Shown: piece by piece, positions 26,483 through 35,163 of the stretch
How positions within the stretch are numbered: the stretch's first letter is position 1
Layout of the letters: every line of letters starts with the position of its first letter
From: Gammaproteobacteria bacterium
GTDB taxonomy: Bacteria > Pseudomonadota > Gammaproteobacteria > Steroidobacterales > XN24
Assembly: GCA_049669065.1 (NCBI GenBank)
Contig: JBATKC010000097.1
Location: 1 to 42,405 of the forward strand
Direction: 5' to 3'
DNA: 42,405 nt
The notes under the pieces: generated by a model
What the model was told of the DNA's origin: nothing
The model's database searches: none
What the model saw: the letters and a program-made list of their open reading frames with translations, nothing else
Made by a program: the position numbers and the translations under genes

Positions 26483-26794
26483 CTATTTGACGACGGCCGC
26501 TCTCCAGGCATCCGCCTGCTGTCTCGCCTGGGCTATCGAGGCCTCGCTATGCAACCGGGCCTGGTCGCACAATTTGACGGCCTTGGCGAAATCCCCCGCC
26601 TTGGCCGCGTCACCGGCCTTCGCGATCAGAGGCGCCACCGTGTTCCATTCGTAGTGCAGCTCGGCTGACATCTTGCGGGCCTCTTCGGCGGCCGCACAGG
26701 ACTTGGTATAGCCGTTCTCGTCGGCTGCCTGCGCCGTCGCCGCCGACAGCGCGACCAGGAGTGCGGCCCCAGCGATAAATATCTTCTTCGTCAT
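26483..26794 (-). CDS. Small periplasmic helical protein in the soxA-soxB gap; candidate SoxAX-binding protein (SoxK/SAXB-like)
   Basis: 103 aa. Signal peptide MTKKIFIAGAALLVALSAATAQA. GAGGA RBS. It occupies the same position as soxK (between soxA and soxB) in Chlorobaculum tepidum. Its partner SoxA is the mono-heme type. I cannot verify sequence identity with SoxK. Confidence 0.45.
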   Translation of the reverse strand: MTKKIFIAGAALLVALSAATAQAADENGYTKSCAAAEEARKMSAELHYEWNTVAPLIAKAGDAAKAGDFAKAVKLCDQARLHSEASIAQARQQADAWRAAVVK

Positions 26795-26819
26795 CTTCCG
26801 TTCCTCGCCTGATGAAGGC

Positions 26820-27647
26820 TCATTTACGCGCGCCGGGGCCGTTAACTTCCATCCCGTTGCTCATGTAGGTAAGGAAGTACTCCAGATTGCGGTAGTCCTC
26901 ACCCTGGGCCGCCAGCGGTTGCGCGCGGACCTGTTTGTTGCAGCCATCGAAGCGGCGATGCAGCGTGCCCATGTCGTCCCACTTGGAGCGATAGACCGGG
27001 AAGTGGGTCGGATGACCCAGCGCCGGGCTGAGCTTGTCGGCTCGCACCATCATGCCCGGGTTGTAGACATGGCAATCGGCGCAGGAGAAATTGAGCTGGC
27101 CGCGTTTGGAATAGTAGAACTCCTTGCCCGCTTCATAGGCCTGCATTGCCCGGGGATCGTCGGGTATCACGATATTCAGCTTGTTACCGCGGGACGTGTA
27201 TGCCATATACGCGGAGATCGCAGCGATGGGCCCCTTTTTGTAACCGTAGGGCTCTTCGCCGTTCTTTTGCCGGCATTCGTTGATCTCCAGCTCAAGGGTC
27301 TTGACCTGGCCGCTCCCGGCATCGAAGTAGGGGTAGTTCTGCCGGATGCCGATGCCGCCGTTGGGGAAACAATCCGCATAGGTCTTGCCATTGGCGAACG
27401 GCGTCTCGAACAGCTCCTTGCCCTCGCCCAGGGCCAGTTCGTAGGGCGCAAATTCCTCGATTGTCAGCCACTGTTCGTAAGCAGCTTCGTCGATCGCATA
27501 GACGCCGTTGACATAGTCTTCCACGGCCACCTTCGGGAACCGCTTCTGGTAGTACTGGATGAACGCCTCCCGATCATCCTCCGGGCTGGCCCAGGCCAGA
27601 CCGGCGATCAGCGCCACGCCCAGCAGGATCGTGATCATTTTTTTCAT
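26820..27647 (-). CDS. soxA: SoxA, mono-heme cytochrome c subunit of SoxAX
   Basis: Signal peptide present. There is a single heme motif, CADCH. The conserved distal Cys ligand context is HRRFDGCNKQVRAQP. No second CxxCH is present. Confidence 0.9.
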   Translation of the reverse strand: MKKMITILLGVALIAGLAWASPEDDREAFIQYYQKRFPKVAVEDYVNGVYAIDEAAYEQWLTIEEFAPYELALGEGKELFETPFANGKTYADCFPNGGIGIRQNYPYFDAGSGQVKTLELEINECRQKNGEEPYGYKKGPIAAISAYMAYTSRGNKLNIVIPDDPRAMQAYEAGKEFYYSKRGQLNFSCADCHVYNPGMMVRADKLSPALGHPTHFPVYRSKWDDMGTLHRRFDGCNKQVRAQPLAAQGEDYRNLEYFLTYMSNGMEVNGPGARK

Positions 27648-27671
27648 CTCTCGCTCCTCCGGTGGGGCCGC

Positions 27672-27986
27672 CTACGAAAGCGTCAGTTCTTCCGACGCCG
27701 TCTCGCCCTTGTTATCCACCCAGTTCATTTTCAGCGTGTCGCCAGCCTTGGCGCCGCTGACATTGAAGGCGAAATAAGGGTTCTTTGATACCGCCGGCCC
27801 AAAATTCGCCGTCATCACCACCTTGCCGTTGAGTTCGGCCTTGACCTCGGTGATGTAATGGGCCGGAACGGTCTCACCTGTCTTGCTGTCCTTGCGGGTG
27901 CCGGTCTCCATTTCATGTTTCATCAAGGTCTTCACCTCGGCCATATCGCCGTTCAGCTTGGCCTTCATTCGGATGCCACTAGCCAT
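27672..27986 (-). CDS. soxZ: SoxZ, sulfur-compound chelating subunit
   Basis: 104 aa. IRMKAKLNGDMAEVKTLMKHEMETG...HYITEVKAELNGKVV is typical SoxZ sequence. It lies directly downstream of soxY. Confidence 0.9.
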   Translation of the reverse strand: MASGIRMKAKLNGDMAEVKTLMKHEMETGTRKDSKTGETVPAHYITEVKAELNGKVVMTANFGPAVSKNPYFAFNVSGAKAGDTLKMNWVDNKGETASEELTLS

Positions 27987-28007
27987 GATTGATTCCTCTT
28001 GTCGTGC

Positions 28008-28454
28008 TCAGCCGCCGCAGCCGCCGATCGTAACCTTGACTTCCTTGGTCGCCGTGTAGAGCTTGCCGTCGGCCTTGACCACCGCGATCACGTTTGACGT
28101 CTTACCCATCTTCAGCCGGGTCGAGACATCAGCCACAGCACCCGGTCCCATATCGAACGACGCAGCCAGCGGCGAGGGATTGTTCTCGACGATGATGCTG
28201 ATCGACTCGACCCCGTCCAGGGTGCTCGATACGGACACCGGTACTACGCGGCCGTTCTCGGCGATGTCGGGCGCGTTCAGCGCCACCGCACTGCTTTCGC
28301 TGGCGTCGGTGGTCCCGAACAACGCATTCATGGCGTCGTCCCGGCTGCCCGCCTTGAATGCTTTTTCAGGCCACGCCAGCAGCGCGCGCGGCAAAGCCAA
28401 CAGGACCGCCGCGGCAGCGGCACCCCTCAAGAACAGTCTTCTGCTAACTCCCAT
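28008..28454 (-). CDS. soxY: SoxY, sulfur carrier protein
   Basis: Tat signal SRRLFLRGAAAAA and the diagnostic C-terminal GGCGG swinging-arm motif (VKVTIGGCGG). Confidence 0.95.
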   Translation of the reverse strand: MGVSRRLFLRGAAAAAVLLALPRALLAWPEKAFKAGSRDDAMNALFGTTDASESSAVALNAPDIAENGRVVPVSVSSTLDGVESISIIVENNPSPLAASFDMGPGAVADVSTRLKMGKTSNVIAVVKADGKLYTATKEVKVTIGGCGG

Positions 28455-28481
28455 GAGATTCTCTCCGTTTGTCTTACGCGC

Positions 28482-28856
28482 CTACTGCACGTAGATGAAT
28501 TCGGTGACGAGATCGATCTCGTCTTCGCTGAGGATCAGATGCTTGCCGAACGGCGGCATGGTCGACATCGGGTTGGCCTCTGTCGAGTCCCAGATCTGGG
28601 CCCGCAGTTTCGCCTTGTCCGGATAACGCATGGCCATGGCCACCAGCGGCGGACCGATGTTACCGGGCAGATCACCGGTGGCTATCATGTGACAGGCCAG
28701 GCAGTTGCCCTTCTTGCGGTCGAAGGCGATCCCCTTGCCCTGCTCGACAGCACTCGGCGTTTCTTCCGCCAGGGCGCCGGCAGCGGGCAGTAACAGCGCG
28801 CCCAGGGCGCACGTCACGGCGGTCACGACAGCCGCGATCCATCTCTTGCTCATCAT
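28482..28856 (-). CDS. soxX: SoxX, mono-heme cytochrome c subunit of SoxAX
   Basis: 124 aa. Signal peptide present. Single CLACH heme motif. MPPFG Met-ligand region. Confidence 0.9.
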   Translation of the reverse strand: MMSKRWIAAVVTAVTCALGALLLPAAGALAEETPSAVEQGKGIAFDRKKGNCLACHMIATGDLPGNIGPPLVAMAMRYPDKAKLRAQIWDSTEANPMSTMPPFGKHLILSEDEIDLVTEFIYVQ

Positions 28857-28890
28857 CGACTCCTCCCTTCGGGCCGGTTGGCTCCGGCCA

Positions 28891-29946
28891 CTATTCTGAC
28901 GAATTGTCCACCATGTATCGTACCGCGGCCCCTACCTCGTCATCGGTAAGCATCACCTGGCCACCCTTGGGCGGCATGTAGCCCGCGCTGCCCTGATAGC
29001 CGTTGATGGCATGGTCCACCAGCACGTCCAGGCCCTGGGCCGATCGCGTCTGCCACTGACCGGCGTCGCCGACGATGGGTGCGCCGGCCAGCCCACCCCT
29101 GTGACACGTCGCGCAGGCCTGCTGATAGATGTTCTGCCCCAGGTTCGGATCGACCGCCGCCGCGGGGCTGCCAGCGAGATCGTCTTCGGCTTTGAAATGC
29201 TCGACCGGGGTCACGCCTAGCTCGGTGGAATCGCCGGTGATCGAAATCTCGGCGGGATCCTTGCAGTCGTCCATGCACGCCACGTTCTGCACGTCGGGCC
29301 GGGGATCGACAAAGAAACCATCCTGATTCGGCATCTCGATAGTGGAGAAATTTGCCTGGGTCAGTACGAATTCATCATCGACAATATCATTCAGATACAA
29401 GACATAGGCCACGATAGCATAGACCTCATCGTCGGCCAGGGATTGTGGCTCGTAGAACGGCATCGCGCGGTGCACATAGTCCCAAAGCGTGCTGGCATAC
29501 GGCCAGTAGCTGCCCACGGTCTTCTCGGGCCGGGACTCGGTCAGGGAATCGAAGCCGCCGGCGAGCTTCGGCCAGCGGCCCTCGCCCTCGCCGAATACGC
29601 CGTGACAGGCGGCGCATTTCTCCTCATACAAGCCTTCGCCGTCGGCCACGGAACCACTACCCGGCGGCAAACCCTGACCATCCGGGCGGATGTCGATATC
29701 CCAGCCGGCGATCATCTCTGGTGTCGCGGTCTCGCCGAATCCGTAGTAACCGACCCGCCGCGGGTCCGGCTTGGGGCGGAACGCGAGGCTGATTTCTACC
29801 GCCTCCACATCGGGGCCAATGCTCGGGCCCTCCGGCACCTTCTGAATATCGGCGGCCAGCGCCAGCGCCGTAGCTCCGAGGCTTACGAGCGCCAGCACCC
29901 GGGCGAAGACGCGGGTCCGTCGGCAGACCCTAGTCGATCTGGACAT
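28891..29946 (-). CDS. soxD: SoxD, di-heme cytochrome c subunit of sulfane dehydrogenase SoxCD
   Basis: Two CxxCH motifs (CAACH, CATCH). 351 aa. Signal peptide present. Its start overlaps the soxC 3' end by 17 nt. Confidence 0.85.
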   Translation of the reverse strand: MSRSTRVCRRTRVFARVLALVSLGATALALAADIQKVPEGPSIGPDVEAVEISLAFRPKPDPRRVGYYGFGETATPEMIAGWDIDIRPDGQGLPPGSGSVADGEGLYEEKCAACHGVFGEGEGRWPKLAGGFDSLTESRPEKTVGSYWPYASTLWDYVHRAMPFYEPQSLADDEVYAIVAYVLYLNDIVDDEFVLTQANFSTIEMPNQDGFFVDPRPDVQNVACMDDCKDPAEISITGDSTELGVTPVEHFKAEDDLAGSPAAAVDPNLGQNIYQQACATCHRGGLAGAPIVGDAGQWQTRSAQGLDVLVDHAINGYQGSAGYMPPKGGQVMLTDDEVGAAVRYMVDNSSE

Positions 29947-31246
29947 TGGTCACCTCCCCCGTCTCGGCCAGCCGCCAGGTATGGATCGAGTTCTTGTGGT
30001 AAATAGACTCGACACCGCGCAGCGCCCGAAGCTGGGTCAGGGTCGGCTGGACGTAACCCGTCTCGTCGATGGCGCGGCTCTGCAGCAACGCCGGGCTGCC
30101 GTCCCAGTCCCACATAAAGCTGAAACGCGTCAGAGCCTTGGGTAGCACCAGGCCTTTTAATTCGGCGCGCCGCCAGTTGACGCCGCCGTCGAGGGAAACG
30201 TCTACGCTCCGGATCCGCCCGCGACCCGACCAGGCCAGTCCCTCGATCTCGTACCGGCCCCGTTGGGTCAGCGGCTTCTCGGGGCACGGGAACGTAATGA
30301 CCGAGTTCGTCTCCTGGGTGAATGTGAACTTGCGCGCGCGGCCGTCGGGCATCAGGTCCGTGTACTTCGAGGTCTCCTCACGCTGATACCAGGGCTGATC
30401 GCCGACTTCCAGCCGCCGCAGCCATTTGACGCTGGTGTTGCCCTCCCATCCGGGATTCAGCAGACGCACCGGATAACCCTGTTCCGGGCGTAACGCCTCG
30501 CCATTTTGGGCGTAGACGACCAGGGTGTCGTCCAGCGCCTTCTCCAGCGGGATGCTGCGCGTCATCGCCGCTCCGTCCGCGCCCTCCGCCAGAATCCAGG
30601 CCGCGCCTTTTTTCAGGCCCACTTCCTCCAGCAATACGGATAGCGGCACGCCGGTCCATTCGCAGCAGCTCAACATGCCGTGGGTGAACTGCAATGCCTC
30701 CATCTGCGCACCGCGCCACTCCATACCCCCGTTGGCGGGACACTCGATAAAGCGGATGACCGACACGCTGGGAAAACGCATCAAATCGTTCATGGTCAGC
30801 ATCACAGGGCGCTCGACCATACCGTGGATCATCAGGCGGTGTTGTTCCGGATCGATATCCGGCACGCCGGCATGGTAGCGCTCGAAGACCAGGCCATTGG
30901 GCGTGATGATGCCCTGCAATTCAGGCAAGGGCGTAAAGCTGATCGAGCTGATGTTGTTGGCGGTCAGCCAGGGCACCGTGCGCCGGATCACGCTGCCCTC
31001 GAATTCCGAGGGCATGCCGTACGGAACGGTCACAACGCCTCTGCCGAGGCTCCGTGTCCATGGGGGAATATTCGGCGGTAAGGCGTCATTGGACTCGACC
31101 GCGGCCAGCACCGGCCCGGCCGCAGTGGCTCCCGCGAGCGCCAGGCCACGCAGCAGGAATGCCCTGCGTTCGGGCAGGGGAAGGCTGTTTGCCTTCTCCG
31201 CCACCAAAGTCAAAATGTCCGCGGGCTCAGGGCGCCCTTTCGACAT
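29930..31246 (-). CDS. soxC: SoxC, molybdopterin sulfane dehydrogenase subunit
   Basis: Sulfite-oxidase-family fold. Tat signal ERRAFLLRGLALAGATAAG. I place the start at ATG 31246 (GGAGGAG RBS) rather than the track's 31321. Confidence 0.9.
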   Translation of the reverse strand: MSKGRPEPADILTLVAEKANSLPLPERRAFLLRGLALAGATAAGPVLAAVESNDALPPNIPPWTRSLGRGVVTVPYGMPSEFEGSVIRRTVPWLTANNISSISFTPLPELQGIITPNGLVFERYHAGVPDIDPEQHRLMIHGMVERPVMLTMNDLMRFPSVSVIRFIECPANGGMEWRGAQMEALQFTHGMLSCCEWTGVPLSVLLEEVGLKKGAAWILAEGADGAAMTRSIPLEKALDDTLVVYAQNGEALRPEQGYPVRLLNPGWEGNTSVKWLRRLEVGDQPWYQREETSKYTDLMPDGRARKFTFTQETNSVITFPCPEKPLTQRGRYEIEGLAWSGRGRIRSVDVSLDGGVNWRRAELKGLVLPKALTRFSFMWDWDGSPALLQSRAIDETGYVQPTLTQLRALRGVESIYHKNSIHTWRLAETGEVTNVQID

Positions 31247-31325
31247 GCCTCGCTCCTCCCGGTCAGACAGGCTTGTGCCTGTTCTTTCTATGTCCGGGCC
31301 GAGCTCCAGAACACAGCTCAACCAC

Positions 31326-31450
31326 TGCTGCGCTGCAATAGCCGCATCGCGGTTAGCTTCGGAGATTGGGCCCGCTTAGATTAACTTCACTGAATATAAG
31401 ACAGACCTGATCAAAAGTCATACCCCGGCCGCCAGAGTTGCAGCGCAGCA
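31326..31450. repeat. 13-nt perfect inverted repeat bracketing the intergenic region upstream of soxC
   Basis: TGCTGCGCTGCAA at 31326-31338 and its exact reverse complement TTGCAGCGCAGCA at 31438-31450, 99 nt apart. The pair spans almost the whole gap between the thioredoxin-like gene stop (31464) and the soxC leader. Confidence 0.6.
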
Positions 31451-31463
31451 AAAAAAGCGGCGC

Positions 31464-31994
31464 TTAATCCGACATGGATAGGCGCAGGGTTTCCGTTGCA
31501 CGTTCGATCGCCTGGTCGAGGTAGAACAGGTACAACTCTTCATTGCTGATGCCGATCAGTCGCTCGTGCAGCTCTTCGCCCTCCGGACCGACCATCAGCA
31601 CCACGGGTGCAAAGAATGCCTCATAGCGATCGGCGACGGCGAACGGGCTGACCTGGTCGCCGCCAAAATCCAGCAGATCCGATCCTGTGTCGATAACCAG
31701 CTCGCGGATGATGACCCGGTCTTCGTATTCGCCGCTGATGATCATCGGCACGATCACCGCGCGTTTGAGCAACGCACAATAGCCGCATTGCTCGCGGGTG
31801 AATACCAGCATCAGAGGCCGGCCCGTGGCCGCGGCCAACCGGGCGTCGGCAGCCAGATCCGCCGCCAGGGGCACTGATCTGTCCTCGCTTGCGGCCGCGT
31901 TACCGGCAATGACCAAAGCCATCAACAGCCATCGCAGCACTCGGCCTCCGACCCGCCGCCCGAATATCACGGCGCGCCCAAACCGCCGAGCCAT
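31464..31994 (-). CDS. Periplasmic thioredoxin-fold protein (CGYC motif)
   Basis: MLVFTREQCGYCALLKR is a CxxC in thioredoxin-fold context. An N-terminal hydrophobic signal is present. The start is ATG 31994 or ATG 31922. The ORF-track extension to 32255 overlaps the upstream hydrolase gene. Confidence 0.65.
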   Translation of the reverse strand: MARRFGRAVIFGRRVGGRVLRWLLMALVIAGNAAASEDRSVPLAADLAADARLAAATGRPLMLVFTREQCGYCALLKRAVIVPMIISGEYEDRVIIRELVIDTGSDLLDFGGDQVSPFAVADRYEAFFAPVVLMVGPEGEELHERLIGISNEELYLFYLDQAIERATETLRLSMSD

Positions 31995-32908
31995 GCCTCG
32001 ACGGCCTCCACCAAATCGTAAGCGTACAGGTCGCGGAAGAAATGATCGGCGCCGTCGATCTCGACAAAATCCAGCCGGGAATCGCCTTGATATTCGATCA
32101 CCGCCTTGCCCACGCCCCGGCTCGGCGGATCCTCGCTGCCGGCGAAGATCAGGACCGGCAAGCCAGTGCCCGCAGCAAGGGCCAGGGTGTCGAATCCCGG
32201 CTCGTCGGCGTAATAGGAGAGGAATGAAGCCGCGGTAACCTGTGCGTGATCGCAATGCAGATAGGGGACGGGCCCGAGCAGTTCGTCTCCCCGACCGGAA
32301 TCGACCAGTTCGGCGGCCCGCTCCAGCAGCGAGGCCAGGGCCTGACCGCCGCGCTCCGCGTAGCCGGCTGCCAGGGCATCGTTATCACGGATTCCCGGTG
32401 CCACCAGCACAAGCGCCTTCGGTGCCGGCAGCGCTTGCGACGCGGCGTATCGGGCCACCTGGTTGGTCCCGCGGGAATGCCCCAGCAACACGCTGTCCCG
32501 ACGGTCGCGGTCCTCCAGCCAGCGGAACCAGGCAGCGAGCTCATCCACTGCATCCCCGTGCCGGTGGCCGTGAACGACGCCACAATCCAGCATGCCATAG
32601 CGGTCGTCGATACCGAGGGACAGACTCACCCTGAGACTCTCGATCCGGTACTCGGCGAACACCGCGGCCAGGGTGGCCATGATCTCCATATTGGCGTGGG
32701 CCATGGTCCCATGCAGCATCAGGACAGTGGCGCGGGGCTCATCCACCTTTGTCCACCAGCCGTTGAGCTTGCGGTCCTCGAGCCGGGTCTGAACCTGGAC
32801 CCCCGGCTCCGCCGCCTGCGGCACGTCCGAAGGGCCAAACATGGTCAGTACAGACAGGGCCAGGGCTGGCAGATAGGGCAGCGGACGTAGTGGGATCTGT
32901 TTGGTCAT
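31967..32908 (-). CDS. Secreted alpha/beta-fold hydrolase
   Basis: GHSRG nucleophile elbow and an HGTMAH oxyanion-region-like motif. Signal-like N-terminus. The ATGA start/stop overlap with the upstream gene (32905-32908) indicates translational coupling. Confidence 0.7.
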   Translation of the reverse strand: MTKQIPLRPLPYLPALALSVLTMFGPSDVPQAAEPGVQVQTRLEDRKLNGWWTKVDEPRATVLMLHGTMAHANMEIMATLAAVFAEYRIESLRVSLSLGIDDRYGMLDCGVVHGHRHGDAVDELAAWFRWLEDRDRRDSVLLGHSRGTNQVARYAASQALPAPKALVLVAPGIRDNDALAAGYAERGGQALASLLERAAELVDSGRGDELLGPVPYLHCDHAQVTAASFLSYYADEPGFDTLALAAGTGLPVLIFAGSEDPPSRGVGKAVIEYQGDSRLDFVEIDGADHFFRDLYAYDLVEAVEAWLGGLGAP

Positions 32909-34452
32909 CTGTTTCCAACCGTCTCCAGCAGCAGCGGGGAGACCAGACGCTCCACCGGCACAAAATTATCCATGAGAACCGGCAGGGCATCCATCGGCAT
33001 CCCGGTATTTAGCACCGGGTCGGTGACGCGCAACCAGCTTCGGTCGAGACCCTGACGGGATTCCAGCACCGCAGGGAGCGGGGCGCCGTCGGAAGCAGAG
33101 ATCACATAGGTCGCGCGACTGCGCTCGGCCGGGATGCGGTGCAGCCACACATCGACGCGATCAAATGACCCCGCCAGCGTCTTGACGATGCTCTTGACCA
33201 GCCTCGGATCCGGAAACACATCCACCACATTCAGCACATAGATACCATCATGCGCGAGTCGGGATCTGACCAGCGCGACATACTCGCGCGTGGTCAGATG
33301 ATAGGGTACGGCAACGTCATGAAACACATCGCCGACGATCGCGTCGTAGGAGCCCGGCGTCGCCTGCTGCAGGGCGACGCGAGCGTCCGTGTGTTCCACG
33401 GTCATCGAGTGAGGATCGAGAAACAGCAGCCGCTCCGCGATCCGGGTCACTGCCGGGTCCAGCTCGGCGACCTCGACCCGTGCATCGGGGAAGGCCGTGA
33501 TCACGGCGCGCGGCTGGCTGAAAGCCCCGCCGCCGGCAAAGAAATAGCGTGCTCCGCTCGCGCGCTCACCGAGATGCCTTCGTACCAGTTCATCCATCAG
33601 GTGCGAGTAAGGCGCGAACAACAGACGTCCGTCGGGCCCATAGCTGATGCCGTGGATCAGGTGATCGAGGATCAGCGTGCGGCTGCCCGCGGGCCGGCCT
33701 TCACCGCCAGTCTCGACCACGCGGATGCAGAAATACTGGCTCTCTTCAACACACGGATCGCTCATCCCCTGACGCGATACCGACACGGTAAAGATCAGCG
33801 CGGCGATCAGCGCGGCCGTGGCCAGGATGCCCTGCGCAGCGCGCACCATCGGCACGGCCAGCAACAGCAGAGAGACACCGGCCCCCACGATCACGGTCCG
33901 GGTACCAAAATACTGGATTAAAAGAAAACCGGTGGCGAATGTGCCGAGGATGCTGCCGAGGGCCGCCAGCGCATGCATGCGTCCGACGATGTGCCCCGAG
34001 CGCGGATCCAGACGCAGCGCCAGAGTCGTCAGCATGGGGGCGATCAAACCGAGGCAGGCGGCCGGCAGAAAGAACAGGCCGAGAGCAAGCAGAACGCTGG
34101 CCGACATCAGGTCGAGGGGACGACCCTGGACCAGCGGTGCCACGACAGTGAGGAGCAGCACGATCCCCAGTGTTGCCAACGCCGCCGCAGCGAGTCCGAT
34201 GGCGACGTGTCGTTCAGTGGCGCCGGCGTCTGCCCAGCGTCCACCAACCCAGTTACCCAGCGACAGGCCGGCCAGCACCACGCCGATGATGGAGGTCCAC
34301 GAGTACAAAGAGACCCCGACATAAGGTGCGATCAATCGACCGGCTGCGATCTCCAGCACCATCACGATAGCCGAAGACAGGAATACGATCGCCCCATAGA
34401 CGATCAGCCTGTTCCTGTCGGCTGACCGGGAATCTCCGCTCGGTCCCTCCAC
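32905..34452 (-). CDS. Fused polytopic-membrane / spermidine-synthase-like (class I AdoMet-fold) protein
   Basis: The N-terminal half has about 7-8 hydrophobic helices. The C-terminal half contains YFFAGGGAFSQPRA, VAELDPAV and DAIVGDVFHD, as in spermidine-synthase-like proteins. The start is uncertain. I use GTG 34452 because the track's start (34602) overlaps the upstream TlpA-like gene. Confidence 0.7.
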   Translation of the reverse strand: MEGPSGDSRSADRNRLIVYGAIVFLSSAIVMVLEIAAGRLIAPYVGVSLYSWTSIIGVVLAGLSLGNWVGGRWADAGATERHVAIGLAAAALATLGIVLLLTVVAPLVQGRPLDLMSASVLLALGLFFLPAACLGLIAPMLTTLALRLDPRSGHIVGRMHALAALGSILGTFATGFLLIQYFGTRTVIVGAGVSLLLLAVPMVRAAQGILATAALIAALIFTVSVSRQGMSDPCVEESQYFCIRVVETGGEGRPAGSRTLILDHLIHGISYGPDGRLLFAPYSHLMDELVRRHLGERASGARYFFAGGGAFSQPRAVITAFPDARVEVAELDPAVTRIAERLLFLDPHSMTVEHTDARVALQQATPGSYDAIVGDVFHDVAVPYHLTTREYVALVRSRLAHDGIYVLNVVDVFPDPRLVKSIVKTLAGSFDRVDVWLHRIPAERSRATYVISASDGAPLPAVLESRQGLDRSWLRVTDPVLNTGMPMDALPVLMDNFVPVERLVSPLLLETVGNR

Positions 34453-34474
34453 CTGGCTGCAGTCTTGCGGGGCG

Positions 34475-35014
34475 TCAGCCGCCCTCGCGCTCCTTGCCCA
34501 GCGCCTGGTCCAGCGCCTCGCGGACCTCTTCGTCCCAGACTTCCGCGATCGCCTTCCCCGGCGGCGCACGGGTCGGACCGCGACGGTAGACCACTGTGCC
34601 AAGTTGATCCACGACTATGATGCCGGGCGCGCTAAAAACACCGTAGTCGTCGGCCACCAGGTCGCCCAGCGGCAACACGGTGAAGTCGTAGCCCAATTCG
34701 GCCATCATCTCCACCGGATCGCCATCGTCCTTGAAGTCGATAGCGTAAACCCGGACGCCGTATTTAGCATAATCCGCCACGACCTGGTCCAGATAGGGCA
34801 TAACGGCCTTGCAGTAAGGGCACCAGGTGGCCCAGAAAAGCAGGATACTGGCCTGGCCCGTCGCGTCCTTCGGGAAAGAGAACGCCTCGCCCTCACCCGT
34901 TTGCAGCTCAAACGGTGGCGCGGCCATGCCTGGCATGACCGTGGCGGCCATGGCCGCACCGGTCGCGATCGACAAGCATACGGCCGTTAACACGCAGACA
35001 AGCTGTCTCACCAT
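34475..35014 (-). CDS. TlpA/ResA-family periplasmic thiol:disulfide oxidoreductase
   Basis: ILLFWATWCPYCKAVMPYL (WCxxC). Start at ATG 35014 with a GGGAGA RBS, giving the signal peptide MVRQLVCVLTAVCLSIATGAAMA. Confidence 0.8.
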   Translation of the reverse strand: MVRQLVCVLTAVCLSIATGAAMAATVMPGMAAPPFELQTGEGEAFSFPKDATGQASILLFWATWCPYCKAVMPYLDQVVADYAKYGVRVYAIDFKDDGDPVEMMAELGYDFTVLPLGDLVADDYGVFSAPGIIVVDQLGTVVYRRGPTRAPPGKAIAEVWDEEVREALDQALGKEREGG

Positions 35015-35163
35015 TGATCTCCCTGAGCCTGGATGACGGAACATATTGCAGCAGGAGGGTCCTCGTCCACTCGAGGTTCCCCTGTCTTCCAGCCGATCCG
35101 CAGCCGCGGAGCAGGCTTCACCGTTGGCCCCGATGCGAAATCCTGTGTTCCTCCGACTGTCGA

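Noticed and set aside
24664-26490. 608-aa plus-strand ORF antisense to soxB
   Set aside because: It mirrors soxB exactly, and soxB has a Tat signal and all metallophosphoesterase motifs. I recognised no motif in the antisense product.
31995-32255. N-terminal extension of the thioredoxin-fold ORF (the track calls 263 aa)
   Set aside because: The extension lies in an alternative frame inside the alpha/beta hydrolase gene and is Arg/Gly/Pro-rich. Internal ATGs at 31994 and 31922 give a sensible signal peptide.
34453-34602. N-terminal extension of the spermidine-synthase-like ORF
   Set aside because: It overlaps the 3' end of the TlpA-like gene and is extremely Arg-rich (RRRGRRSRKSGTKRSARRWTRRWARS). 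The start was moved downstream, although the exact start codon remains uncertain.
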